A DNA stretch of 64,000 nt from an uncultured Candidatus Saccharibacteria bacterium (GCA_964570795.1 CAZMYZ010000001.1:42722-106721), one strand, 5' to 3'. Counted from the first letter of the stretch, positions 27,891-36,832 are shown. Translations and numbers: made by a program. Notes: generated by a model from the letters alone, not told the origin.

Positions 27891-28085
27891 ATGGAATCAT
27901 ATGAAGAAGCGTTAGCACGCCTTGAAGATAAGATAGATGCAGTGTATGCATCGGTAGAAAAGAGCAGGAAGTATCTCCTTACTATGCTCATCGTGACTTT
28001 GGTTACTATTGCGCTCCCACTTATCATTGCCGCAATAGCAATTCCAATGGTAATGAGTACCGTGGGAAGTATGTATCAGATTTAA
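27891..28085 (+). CDS. hypothetical small membrane protein
   Basis: 64 aa with a coiled N-terminus and one TM helix. Confidence 0.35.
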   Translation: MESYEEALARLEDKIDAVYASVEKSRKYLLTMLIVTLVTIALPLIIAAIAIPMVMSTVGSMYQI

Positions 28086-28094
28086 TCTATAAAT

Positions 28095-28499
28095 ATGAAA
28101 AAAGGATACTATGCTAATATTGAAAGTCTCACCGAAGTGAATACCGATTTTCGTCGTGTATTGTATACCGGCGAATCACTCCAGTTGGTCCTCATGACAC
28201 TTGCGCCGGGGGAGGAGATTGGTATGGAGACACATCCGGAGAATGACCAATTTTTTCGCTTTGAATCGGGAGAGGGAAAGGTGCTCGTGAATGAAACCGA
28301 ACACCTCGTGCATGACGGAGATTGCGTGATTGTTCCTAAGGGTGCCGTACACAACATTATCAATGTTTCACCCGAGCAACCCCTCAAGATGTATACCATC
28401 TACACACCGCCACATCATATGGATGGTACCGTGCACCCCACAAAGGAGTATGCAGAAACTCATGAAGAAGATTTTGAAGGTACGACTACTGAGAAATAA
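28095..28499 (+). CDS. cupin-domain protein
   Basis: GEEIGMETHPENDQFF...GDCVIVPKGAVHNI gives the two-motif cupin signature. Confidence 0.7.
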   Translation: MKKGYYANIESLTEVNTDFRRVLYTGESLQLVLMTLAPGEEIGMETHPENDQFFRFESGEGKVLVNETEHLVHDGDCVIVPKGAVHNIINVSPEQPLKMYTIYTPPHHMDGTVHPTKEYAETHEEDFEGTTTEK

Positions 28500-28502
28500 A
28501 GA

Positions 28503-28530
28503 AAAAGCCACCTACGCGGTGGCTTTTTGG
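28503..28530. terminator. bidirectional rho-independent terminator
   Basis: AAAGCCACC-TACGC-GGTGGCTTTTTGG. Confidence 0.7.
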
Positions 28531-28967
28531 TACTGTTGCATACGCAATGGAATGAACTGAAATTGACGAATGAATTCTTCGTCGTACCCTTCGCGAAGGT
28601 GGTTTTTGTAAAACTCATGCCATACTTCGTCGGCAGGGTTGCATCCTCGCATTAGCACAAAGGTTCGAGTTTCCCCCGGCTGAAAACGTTGGCTCACCAC
28701 TTTCATGGCACTTTGTTCGCCTTCGTGAAAGATGTTGGAGATATACCCCTCATCAATTTGGCGCCCATTGCACCACACCTGCACAGACATCTTTAAGGTA
28801 TAAGGAAAGATGGTGTCGGAGTTTGCATTATGAACAATAATCATTGTTTCTCCTCGATAGGGTAAGAACAGAAAATATGCTGGCGCAACAATACCATGCA
28901 TGTTGCCTTGTGTACAACAATGAGTTTTGGTAAGAAAAAGCCCGCGCCTTTGGCGCGGGCAAGGCAT
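28512..28967 (-). CDS. hypothetical protein (last gene of a NUDIX three-gene operon)
   Basis: 151 aa ORF whose start overlaps the stop of the upstream ORF at 28967; no recognisable domain. Confidence 0.4.
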   Translation of the reverse strand: MPCPRQRRGLFLTKTHCCTQGNMHGIVAPAYFLFLPYRGETMIIVHNANSDTIFPYTLKMSVQVWCNGRQIDEGYISNIFHEGEQSAMKVVSQRFQPGETRTFVLMRGCNPADEVWHEFYKNHLREGYDEEFIRQFQFIPLRMQQYQKATA

Positions 28968-29563
28968 TATGTGTTGTGCGGAAAAATAAAATGATACGGT
29001 GATGGCCAGTGCTGAATGCCATCAAATGGCTGTGCAAACAAAAACCATCGTTTGCAGTGATTTCGCCACCGTGCCCCCACCACATACACACTTCTGTCAC
29101 TACCAACTATATATGCAAGTGTTGGTGTGTGTTCATTCATGGCTAGAACGCTTGTACCGCGTTTGCGTAACGCATAATTTCCAATCAAAAGAACAAAATC
29201 AACCAAACTCATTATCGCAACTGCGTCATGTCCTTGAGGAAGGTGGATATTACCGCTTTTCCGCTCTACACCGCAGGGGAGGTATTCCCCGATGGTTGTG
29301 TCGTTAGCGGTGTGTTCGAGTTGATAGATGCCGTATGTACGTTCGTCAGTGCATCTGCAGATACGACGTTCTGCTTGTAGTAATGCATTAAACAAAATAC
29401 CCACAAATATCCCAGGATCATTGCGTAGTGCGTTAAATAGCGCCTCTTGAGAGTATGCTCGTCCTAATGGGGGGAGTGTTGTTGATGTGATGTACGAGAA
29501 AAGTTCCACTGAATCTCTATTCGTACTCTGAGATAACTTCGTGTCAAAGGGTGTGTACGCCAT
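28967..29563 (-). CDS. hypothetical protein with Cys/His-containing motifs (possible permuted papain-like fold, unverified)
   Basis: 198 aa; RRICRCTDERTYGIYQLEH and NIHLPQGHD segments; co-directional and translationally coupled with the downstream ORF. Confidence 0.4.
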   Translation of the reverse strand: MAYTPFDTKLSQSTNRDSVELFSYITSTTLPPLGRAYSQEALFNALRNDPGIFVGILFNALLQAERRICRCTDERTYGIYQLEHTANDTTIGEYLPCGVERKSGNIHLPQGHDAVAIMSLVDFVLLIGNYALRKRGTSVLAMNEHTPTLAYIVGSDRSVYVVGARWRNHCKRWFLFAQPFDGIQHWPSPYHFIFPHNT

Positions 29564-29660
29564 GAAGCCCTCAATAAAAGATCAATTTAAGTACATTATG
29601 TATTTAATTTTTGAAATGTCAATATCACATAAAATGGCCCTACCACTCTGGGTAGGGCCG

Positions 29661-30128
29661 TTACCATCGTTTGATGGGTTTGCATTTGCACTGCTTTACT
29701 TTTGTACCTTTTTTATTGAAGTACACACTCACTTCAAGTTTCTCATGTGCAAGTACACGAGGCACCCACTCTTTATCCGCAGCCCACATGGTGTCGAAAG
29801 GGAGTTGTGCGATGGGGTACCACTCCGGATGCATCTCTTCAGTTTCGGTGGGTTCTCCCTGCCATTTGCGTACGAGATATACAAAGCAGTCGAACACATG
29901 CACTTCATCGAAATAAAAATGCACAAGCGCTGATTCTTGTAAGTCCAGAGTGTTTACCGATAACCCCGACTCTTCTTTGAATTCGCGCACCATCGCGGTA
30001 CGAGGTGTTTCGCCACGTTGTACTTTGCCGCCAAAGCCATTCCATTTACCAGTACCAAAGCCGCACTTTTTCATTCCCAAAAGAACATCAGGACCTCTGA
30101 TACAAAATCCGAGCGTTACCTGTTGCAT
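29661..30128 (-). CDS. NUDIX hydrolase
   Basis: Nudix box GGKVQRGETPRTAMVREFKEESGL (Gx5Ex7REUxEExGU). Confidence 0.8.
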   Translation of the reverse strand: MQQVTLGFCIRGPDVLLGMKKCGFGTGKWNGFGGKVQRGETPRTAMVREFKEESGLSVNTLDLQESALVHFYFDEVHVFDCFVYLVRKWQGEPTETEEMHPEWYPIAQLPFDTMWAADKEWVPRVLAHEKLEVSVYFNKKGTKVKQCKCKPIKRW

Positions 30129-30246
30129 AGCATACCTCCTTTCACAAACTACCTATAATGGTAGCCTATGCACGAGTATTTGAATAGTGTCACCGCAGAC
30201 GATATCTGCTACTATGCTGGAAGATATTTGTGAAAGGAGGTATGCC

Positions 30247-30534
30247 ATGCACGCACTGCAGGTACAGCAGATTGTTGCGAAATATCGTCGGAAACTTCAT
30301 GAAAAGGGAGTCGTTCCCGCTGAGTATCCTAGCGGCGTTATGTGTAATGCACCGAGTAGGGGCCTTGCACACTGCTATATCATCCTCGATGAAATCGATA
30401 CGTATGTACGTGAAGGGTGTATGGACGATGCTCTTTTGCAACTCGGTTTTGTACAGGGGTGTTTGTGGATGTGCAAGGTCTACACCATTACCGAAATTTC
30501 CGAGCATAATCAATCATCGAGTAGTACCTCGTAG
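30247..30534 (+). CDS. hypothetical small protein
   Basis: ORF with a strong SD (AAGGAGGT) before ATG at 30247 and a terminator at 30545-30575. Confidence 0.4.
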   Translation: MHALQVQQIVAKYRRKLHEKGVVPAEYPSGVMCNAPSRGLAHCYIILDEIDTYVREGCMDDALLQLGFVQGCLWMCKVYTITEISEHNQSSSSTS

Positions 30535-30544
30535 TATCCAAAAA

Positions 30545-30575
30545 ACGCCTGAGCAATTCAGGCGTTTTTATGTCA
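30545..30575 (+). terminator. rho-independent terminator
   Basis: AAAACGCCTGA-GCAAT-TCAGGCGTTTTT. Confidence 0.65.
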
Positions 30576-30594
30576 TGCACAGTGTGCAGAGACA

Positions 30595-30637
30595 ATAAAA
30601 CCCCCTCCATGACAGATGTCGTGGAGGGGGTGTGAAT
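30595..30637 (-). terminator. rho-independent terminator for nadV (minus strand)
   Basis: On the minus strand CCCCCTCCACGAC...GTCATGGAGGGGG followed by TTTTATTG. Confidence 0.5.
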
Positions 30638-30638
30638 G

Positions 30639-32054
30639 TTACATCACCGTAGCACGGGAACGAATGGTTTCGAGAGTGTCGTTTATGAGCACTTCACCAT
30701 TTTTGAAAACAGGACGAAGTAAGTTTTCATATCCGCCTGCCTGTGCTTCTTCTTCTCGCATGGTGCGATATGCTACTGCATCATTTTGAGAAGTTGCAAC
30801 AAGTGCAAGACGTCCTGCCTTCGAACGCTTACCAGGGTCGGTCACCGGATCCTTCATGACGTCTCTCCATTCGTTTTCGATAAGGGCCGCAGAGCATTTG
30901 AATGCAAAACGCTGCGTATCCCTGTCGACTTTCTGGAGAAGGCCGCCGCCAGAACCAAACGCGATATTGTCCGCAGACCATCCGACAGACTTGAGTTGGC
31001 AGAGGATTGTATCAATCATGCTGTAATCAATTCCATCACCCTGGATGACGCGCACCTTCGGGTTGAGCACCCGATAGCCCTTTGCGTTCACTTCATACCC
31101 GAACGCATTTCCAAGCGTTTCAAGTACTCTGCGCACAACATCAGGCGGGTAGCCAGAGTCAGGACGGACGACGAGGGTCCCTTCACGTGCGAGCACGTGT
31201 TCACGGAGTTCTTCACCCCAGAGACGCTTCGTTGCGTGGTAGATGTCGTAACTGTCAGACACCACCGCCACGAGACCGGTTGGGAATTGTTCGAGCATGT
31301 TGCGGTATGCAGCAATTTCACCATCCTTACCCCATGACGTTATCGTGGAGTGTTCAGCCGCCGGGATAGAGAATCCCGCCATCGCTTCGCCGTAGTACTT
31401 CTTGGCTATGCGGACACCTTGGAAGGTGTCGGTCCCCTTGAAGGAGACAAGATGGGACAGTCCACCGATACCCGCTGATTCTACCGACGTCGATCCGCGA
31501 AAACCAAAATCGTGTACCTTGAAGTCGAGGAGTTCGGGGGTGCCCGTATCCTTGAGAAAACGGAGTACGAGTTTCTTCATCTCGCGGCTTTGGGTGGCAA
31601 CCGTTGAGGGGTACCAGAGCATTGAGAGAAGTGTTTCGACGTAGTTCGTCACCCAGGGGAACTCGGGATCGGTATTTTCTACCGTCATGAGCACATTGTG
31701 GGACGGAACAGTGAGTCCCTCAGGCACTGCGCGGATGATGATGGGTAGCCGCCCACCGTGAACAGTGAGAAGTCGTTCCCACCCATCCTTGTTGAAGATA
31801 TCGCTTCCGCCGAAGTGGGCTTCAAAGTCCGCCTCAGCTTCTTCGAGGTCGCTGCGTCCGATGACGACTCCCTCGAGGTAGCGTTTCAGGTAGTACTGGA
31901 GGCCGAAGAAGGTGACACCAGGGAAGCGGCCGCCGCGGCTTTCGAAGAATGAAAAAACCTTCGAAGTATGCGGTGGGTATTGCTTCCAGTGTGAGACCTT
32001 GTAACTGTCGGTTAATTCGATCATGTTTACTTCAGGCATAATACGTGCGTTCAT
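30639..32054 (-). CDS. nadV: nicotinamide phosphoribosyltransferase (NAMPT/NadV)
   Basis: HDFGFRG and VSDSYDIYH motifs with the NAMPT fold; start placed at the internal MNARIMPE (32054), which has a strong SD (AAGGAGAAAGTC); the longer 617-aa ORF N-terminus looks non-coding. Confidence 0.8.
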   Translation of the reverse strand: MNARIMPEVNMIELTDSYKVSHWKQYPPHTSKVFSFFESRGGRFPGVTFFGLQYYLKRYLEGVVIGRSDLEEAEADFEAHFGGSDIFNKDGWERLLTVHGGRLPIIIRAVPEGLTVPSHNVLMTVENTDPEFPWVTNYVETLLSMLWYPSTVATQSREMKKLVLRFLKDTGTPELLDFKVHDFGFRGSTSVESAGIGGLSHLVSFKGTDTFQGVRIAKKYYGEAMAGFSIPAAEHSTITSWGKDGEIAAYRNMLEQFPTGLVAVVSDSYDIYHATKRLWGEELREHVLAREGTLVVRPDSGYPPDVVRRVLETLGNAFGYEVNAKGYRVLNPKVRVIQGDGIDYSMIDTILCQLKSVGWSADNIAFGSGGGLLQKVDRDTQRFAFKCSAALIENEWRDVMKDPVTDPGKRSKAGRLALVATSQNDAVAYRTMREEEAQAGGYENLLRPVFKNGEVLINDTLETIRSRATVM

Positions 32055-32064
32055 GACTTTCTCC

Positions 32065-32961
32065 TTACGTGGTCTGGGTGAGTGTCTGTATGAGCAGTTC
32101 ACCAAGGGGTTTGTGTTCAGGCGTGAGTACTTCGTGTATCTGCTCGTATGGGAACCATCCGAGAGCATCGAGGTCGTCGCCTGCGCGTGGTGCTCCAAAA
32201 ACATATGGAGCGACAAAGAACGAACTGATAATGCAGTCAGCGTCTTTTCGATACCGCCAATCATCGATAACTTTCGAACCGATGTAGACTGGAGTACCGA
32301 TTTCAAGACCAGACGTTTCTTCGAACGTTTCTCTCCGAACCGCTGCTTCAAGTGACGTATCACTTGTGGGGTCAAAAAATCCGCCAACAAATCGCCACTT
32401 TCCCATGTCCCGCTTTTTCTGCCCCAGCAATACCTCACGCGTTTCTGTGCGGATAATTGCAACATCAATGACAGGGTAGGGAATAGGCGCACGTTCTACT
32501 TGTGCGTGAATGAGCCCCTTTCTGAAGTCGACACTGCGCTCAACGTTTTGGCATTGCGTGCGCATCGAGGTGCCGTCGGGTGACGATACTGATTTCAGTT
32601 GCTCGGTAGCATAGTGTCCGGAGTAGTGGGGGAGGAACGAATCCCTCGACCCATACAGAGTCACCGTATGTCCCGGGAAAAGTGCACTGATGGTTGCATC
32701 AAGATTCTTGCTCCACTCATCGTCTGAGGGGTGGTCAAAAATCTGGGCAGCGAGCGCATGAGGGTACTCAGCGAGAAGCATTTCTCTTCGAATTTCGAAC
32801 GAGAGAGGGTTGCGGGGAGTGGGTAAACCCCTCTCCGACCCAAGGAAGATGAGAAAATCATCATTATTGTGTGAAGCGTAGTCGAGGAGGTACCGATGTC
32901 CCTGATGAATTTCAGGAACTTGAAATCTCCCCACCACCACACCAAGAGTTCTCTTTTTCAT
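32065..32961 (-). CDS. nadM: bifunctional NMN adenylyltransferase / Nudix ADP-ribose pyrophosphatase (NadM-Nudix)
   Basis: N-terminal VVGRFQVPEIHQGH (archaeal-type NMNAT (H/T)xGH motif) and C-terminal Nudix box GGFFDPTSDTSLEAAVRRETFEETSG. Confidence 0.8.
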   Translation of the reverse strand: MKKRTLGVVVGRFQVPEIHQGHRYLLDYASHNNDDFLIFLGSERGLPTPRNPLSFEIRREMLLAEYPHALAAQIFDHPSDDEWSKNLDATISALFPGHTVTLYGSRDSFLPHYSGHYATEQLKSVSSPDGTSMRTQCQNVERSVDFRKGLIHAQVERAPIPYPVIDVAIIRTETREVLLGQKKRDMGKWRFVGGFFDPTSDTSLEAAVRRETFEETSGLEIGTPVYIGSKVIDDWRYRKDADCIISSFFVAPYVFGAPRAGDDLDALGWFPYEQIHEVLTPEHKPLGELLIQTLTQTT

Positions 32962-33012
32962 GATTGTTTCCTTTCGCTAGATGATGTCAAAGAACGAATA
33001 ACCGAGTCAGTT

Positions 33013-33094
33013 AGATAGTGTTATAACTACACTATCTAAACCTAAAAAAATATGAACGGGATTATTACTAAGTGTATGATATACACTTAGTAAT
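33013..33094. promoter_or_regulatory. two palindromic NrtR-type operator candidates in the nrtR-nadM intergenic region
   Basis: TAGATAGTGT-TATAACT-ACACTATCTA (33013-33039) and ATTACTAAGTGTAT-GAT-ATACACTTAGTAAT (33064-33094); shared core AGTGT-N7-ACACT. Confidence 0.5.
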
Positions 33095-33131
33095 AAAAAG
33101 TCAAGAGGGGAAGTTGTGAATACCGTATGTA

Positions 33132-33833
33132 CTACAAAACCTCGATTTCTTTTACTACGGAGGAAGAGAAACTATAGAGTTCAGCGGGGCGGAAGGCGCC
33201 TCCGGTACGCTTGCGATTAAGCGCCGTGAGCACATGCATTTTGAGAATCTTTTTTCTGAAGTTTCGTTTATCGAGATTGGTTTTCAGGATACTCTCGTAT
33301 ACCATCTCGAGTTCGGTAAGGGTAAATTCTTTCGGCATGAGTTTTGCCACTATAGTGGTGTAGGTTGCCCTCGCGCGCAGGCGTAGGTGTGCGGTCTTCA
33401 GAATTAAATCATGGTCGTAGGCAAGTCCACGTGCCTCTTCGATAGGAGTCCACCATGCATCATCGGTGTTTTCACGTTCACGCGTACTGAGGTTGTCCCA
33501 GGGAATAAGTGCAGTGTATCCAACAGCAACAACACGTCCACGGGGGTCGCGTGCAAGTTCACTGAAGGTATACAACTGCTCTATATAGGTAGTGCTCTCA
33601 ATGTGTCCTTTTGTTTTCACAATACGGACTGCTGCCTCCTCGGCAGTTTCCTTTGGGTCAATAAGTCCACCGGGGAGACCCATGCTATTGGGGAAGTGTG
33701 GGGGGCGATGTACGGGAGCAAGACGAATAAGAAGTCTGCCGTCACGCACGGTCATGAGTGCAACATCGACTGCGAGCACTGCAAAACGCAAATGTGGTTC
33801 ACCAGTATTTTTTTTCATATGCAAATTGTACAA
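33132..33833 (-). CDS. nrtR: NrtR-type transcriptional regulator (Nudix-like ADP-ribose-binding domain + C-terminal winged HTH)
   Basis: N-terminal Nudix-like fold with a degenerate Nudix box and a C-terminal wHTH-like segment; genomic context next to nadM/nadV with repeated palindromes. Confidence 0.7.
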   Translation of the reverse strand: MYNLHMKKNTGEPHLRFAVLAVDVALMTVRDGRLLIRLAPVHRPPHFPNSMGLPGGLIDPKETAEEAAVRIVKTKGHIESTTYIEQLYTFSELARDPRGRVVAVGYTALIPWDNLSTRERENTDDAWWTPIEEARGLAYDHDLILKTAHLRLRARATYTTIVAKLMPKEFTLTELEMVYESILKTNLDKRNFRKKILKMHVLTALNRKRTGGAFRPAELYSFSSSVVKEIEVL

Positions 33834-33860
33834 CGACGATTATTATTGTCAATGATACAC

Positions 33861-33914
33861 TATCATAACGCTACTTGCATATAGATAGTGTATATGATAC
33901 ACTAAGTTAGTTAT
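33861..33914. promoter_or_regulatory. NrtR-type operator candidates in the divergent nrtR / pnuC promoter region
   Basis: TAGTGTAT-ATG-ATACACTA (33896-33914) and half-site-like ATGATACACTATCAT (33864-33878); same AGTGTAT/ATACACT arms as the boxes upstream of nadM. Confidence 0.45.
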
Positions 33915-33932
33915 TCATTTAATATCACTAGT

Positions 33933-34634
33933 ATGATTTCATTTAAAACAGGGTTGGTACGAATGTTGGGGAATGTACAAGACTATCGCGAGAGCATATT
34001 CGTTGCACTTGCTATGTTTGGTGTGACTGTTGCATATGAACTTGCATCATCGTATGTCTTTCCAGATTTTAGTTTTAATCTCTATGAGTTTATTGGTACA
34101 TGGAGTGGATTGGTGACGGTATGGCTTTGTCGTACTGAGAATGTGTTGTGTTGGCCGTGGGGAATCGTGAGCGCGATTATGTTTGGATTCTTCTTCGGAG
34201 ATATTGGTCTTCCCGGTCAGCAATGGCTCAATTGGGGATATTTTTTCGTTATTCAAATATGGGCATGGCCTCACTGGGCATTTGGAGGAGAGGCTCATTC
34301 AGAACTCAAAGTATCATTTTTGAGTGGATGGGGACGGCTGTGTGCATTTGCGGGAATGGTACTTGGTGCTGTGGGTATCTACGTACTCATTGATGTATTT
34401 GCGCCAGGGTCACAGTATCCTGCACTCGATGCGACAATTGTATCGGCGAGTGTGGTAGCGCAGTTTCTCTTAGGTCGAAAAAATGTAGAGAGTTGGTATC
34501 TATGGCTTGGTCCCGTAAATGCACTTTCGATTATGCTCTTTTACGTGGCGGGTGCGTATACCGTGATGGCACTCTATATAGCATTTTTTATCCACGCACT
34601 CTTTGCTATTAAAAGTTGGCGTGCACAGGTTTAA
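33933..34634 (+). CDS. pnuC: nicotinamide riboside transporter PnuC
   Basis: 233 aa, about 7 TM helices, conserved WLCRTENVLCWPWGI segment typical of PnuC. Confidence 0.8.
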   Translation: MISFKTGLVRMLGNVQDYRESIFVALAMFGVTVAYELASSYVFPDFSFNLYEFIGTWSGLVTVWLCRTENVLCWPWGIVSAIMFGFFFGDIGLPGQQWLNWGYFFVIQIWAWPHWAFGGEAHSELKVSFLSGWGRLCAFAGMVLGAVGIYVLIDVFAPGSQYPALDATIVSASVVAQFLLGRKNVESWYLWLGPVNALSIMLFYVAGAYTVMALYIAFFIHALFAIKSWRAQV

Positions 34635-34656
34635 TTATTCGCATAATACTACGACT

Positions 34657-35619
34657 ATGTTTTCAAGAGGACTCATCATAGGAAAATTTTATCCGCCACA
34701 TCGTGGGCATAAGTACCTCATTGATCGTGCACGCAGCGCATGCAAATCATTGACGGTTATCCTTTGCTACAAACAGACAGAAACCATTCCCGGTATACTT
34801 CGCGCAGCGTGGCTTCAGCGCATACATCCCGATGTACGAGTGCTCGTTGTCGAGGATAATAAACTTGCTGATGATGATTCGGAGGGGTGGGCAAAATTTA
34901 CAATTGAGATTTTGGGGTATGTTCCCGATGCTGTTTTCACATCAGAAGCATATGGTGACCCATATGCTTCATTTATGGGGACGGTGCATGTACTGGTCGA
35001 TAAAGCACGCACACACGTTCCTATTTCTGCGACGATGGTGCGTAGCAATCCTTTGAAGTATGCAGACTTTCTTGAGCCGTGTGTACGTGCATACTTTGCG
35101 AGAAGAGTCTGTGTCTTGGGTGCTGAATCAACTGGTACAACGACGCTTTCGATGGCACTTGCGGAGCACTATCATACCGTCTGGGTTCCTGAAGATGGAC
35201 GTATGTATTCTTTAGGAAAGATTCATGGTGATGCATACGCGGCCTGGAGGACAGATGAGTTTGTTCATATTGCAGAAGCACAAAATGAACTTGAGGATAC
35301 GTTGGCTGAATCCTCAAATGGACTGGTTATATGTGACACCAACGCATTCGCAACCGCAATCTGGCATGAGCGATATATGGGTACACGTTCAAAGGAGGTT
35401 GAGGATATTGGTGATTCTCGAGAGTATGCACTCTATATCGTGACCGGTGATGAAATCCCTTTTGAAGATGACGGATTACGCGATGGGGAACATATACGTC
35501 ACGCTATGCATACACGATTCATTGAGCGGCTTATCGAAGAAAAGAAGCATTTCATTGTCGTGACCGGTTCACGAGAAGAACGACTCCAGAAAGCAATAGA
35601 GGCAATTAATGCGCTTTGA
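34657..35619 (+). CDS. nadR: NadR-like bifunctional NMN adenylyltransferase / ribosylnicotinamide kinase (no HTH domain)
   Basis: GKFYPPHRGHKYLI (NMNAT (H/T)xGH) and a C-terminal P-loop VLGAESTGTTTL (RNK domain); start taken at MFSRGL, alternative upstream start at 34603. Confidence 0.75.
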   Translation: MFSRGLIIGKFYPPHRGHKYLIDRARSACKSLTVILCYKQTETIPGILRAAWLQRIHPDVRVLVVEDNKLADDDSEGWAKFTIEILGYVPDAVFTSEAYGDPYASFMGTVHVLVDKARTHVPISATMVRSNPLKYADFLEPCVRAYFARRVCVLGAESTGTTTLSMALAEHYHTVWVPEDGRMYSLGKIHGDAYAAWRTDEFVHIAEAQNELEDTLAESSNGLVICDTNAFATAIWHERYMGTRSKEVEDIGDSREYALYIVTGDEIPFEDDGLRDGEHIRHAMHTRFIERLIEEKKHFIVVTGSREERLQKAIEAINAL

Positions 35620-35777
35620 GCATATAGGATTCTACGTAGTTACGTTATTGCTGTCAGGGGAGATTCGATTTTTGCTTGACTAGTTCGTCCAGGATGAAAT
35701 TACATTTAAATGACTAAATGATGCAAAGTCAAAGTCTCGACTTTTTAAGAATCTGTTCGAATAAGACGTTTTGTGTG

Positions 35778-35922
35778 TGGAGGCGGAGGGATTCGAACAT
35801 TACATGTTCAGTACCCGTTCAGGATAGTTTTGTTCGCCTTAAGGCTCCAAAACTATCTCTGAATGGCTTCGAATCCTGAACAGTCTCCCAGACTGTTCAT
35901 CTCCGCTTTCGCGGTGCTCAAG
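35778..35922 (-). mobile_element. ~145-bp tRNA-3'-end-associated insertion: 20-bp imperfect tRNA-Ser 3' copy plus 124-bp element with GAACATTACATGTTC palindrome
   Basis: 35778-35798 TGGAGGCGGAGGGATTCGAAC is an 80% copy of the tRNA-Ser 3' end at 35923-35943; the intervening 124 bp starts ATTACATGTTCAGTACCCGTTCAGG and resembles the element at 54358-54484; the minus-strand RNA would fold tRNA-like but is not a canonical tRNA. Confidence 0.45.
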
Positions 35923-36007
35923 CGGAGGCGAGAGGATTTGAACCTCCGAGGGCTTGCACCCTACTCGCTTTCCAAGCGAGCGCACTAGACCACTATGCGA
36001 CGCCTCC
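35923..36007 (-). tRNA. tRNA-Ser (anticodon GGA)
   Basis: 85-nt cloverleaf: acceptor GGAGGCG/CGCCTCC, anticodon arm CTCGC-TTGGAAA-GCGAG, long variable arm, T arm GGAGG-TTCAAAT-CCTCT; CCA not encoded. Confidence 0.85.
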
Positions 36008-36303
36008 GTATGTTATTTGATTATATCTCCTATGAGTGCAAACCTTCTAGTTTTCGTCCTATCATTCTTTGAATGCCTAACAGACGCTGTACACCTTATG
36101 AAGCGCACTATCGTCCTACAGACGCTGTTCATGTTGTATGATAGTTTCTTCCGTTGGTCGAAACTACCAACAACCTCTTGAGGAAGTCTCCCAGACTTCC
36201 TCACACTATGCGACGCCTCCGTGTAAGGTCCTATCTTACAAGATTTTTTTGTATCTATCTAGCATTTGTGGGAAAAATAGAAAGGCGGTATCGTAGTAGT
36301 ACT

Positions 36304-36825
36304 ATGACCAAACATGTCTACACAATTCTTATATCCACGTTTGTCTTTGGCTTCGTAACGGGGGCGATACTGTTTCTCTACAACAATACTGGTGGGGAGG
36401 GGGATGGTGAACCGGTGCATATTGAGGATGCGGCGGCTATTTCAGTGACGGCATATCGGTATGGTGGCTGCGCGCGCGGAGATGGTTGTGCATCATACCG
36501 CATTACCGACGATGGCACCTATGAATACATTGTGCGCAGTCGTGCTGATGGAGAAACACGCTTTGCAGACACTTTGAATAGTGCCGAGAAAAATGCTCTT
36601 TTTAAGGCGTTGAAAGGCACTAATCTTGAATCTCTTTTAGATACTGCTTTTACCGGAACATGTCCTGTGGAATATGATGGTACGGGCTATCGCTACAATA
36701 TTACGTATTATGATACGCAATACTCGTTTGATACCTGTGTGCAGGATTTGGAAAATGAGCCGCTTTTCATAACGCTCGCTGATTATTTTGAGATGTTTAG
36801 TAACACATACACGATATCAGAATAA
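36304..36825 (+). CDS. hypothetical membrane-anchored protein
   Basis: Internal start MTKHVYTILISTFVFGFVTGAILFLY (TM) followed by a Cys/Gly/Tyr-rich soluble domain. Confidence 0.4.
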   Translation: MTKHVYTILISTFVFGFVTGAILFLYNNTGGEGDGEPVHIEDAAAISVTAYRYGGCARGDGCASYRITDDGTYEYIVRSRADGETRFADTLNSAEKNALFKALKGTNLESLLDTAFTGTCPVEYDGTGYRYNITYYDTQYSFDTCVQDLENEPLFITLADYFEMFSNTYTISE

Positions 36826-36832
36826 GTGCGGT

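Noticed and set aside
30639-32492. Full-length 617-aa reading of the NAMPT ORF with a 146-aa N-terminal extension
   Set aside because: The extension is Ser/Leu/Arg-rich low complexity. An internal Met with a strong SD (AAGGAGAAAGTC) lies exactly at the start of NAMPT homology, so the shorter CDS is adopted.
35778-35910. A ~133-nt sequence ending in GTTCGAATCCCTCCGCCTCCA that at first looks like a tRNA or tmRNA 3' end on the minus strand
   Set aside because: No cloverleaf can be built. The 5 nt before the TTCGAAT loop do not pair with CCCTC, there is no anticodon arm in register, and the total length is wrong. tmRNA is excluded because the bona fide tRNA-Ser lies only 15 nt upstream. Treated instead as a duplicated tRNA 3' fragment plus inserted element.
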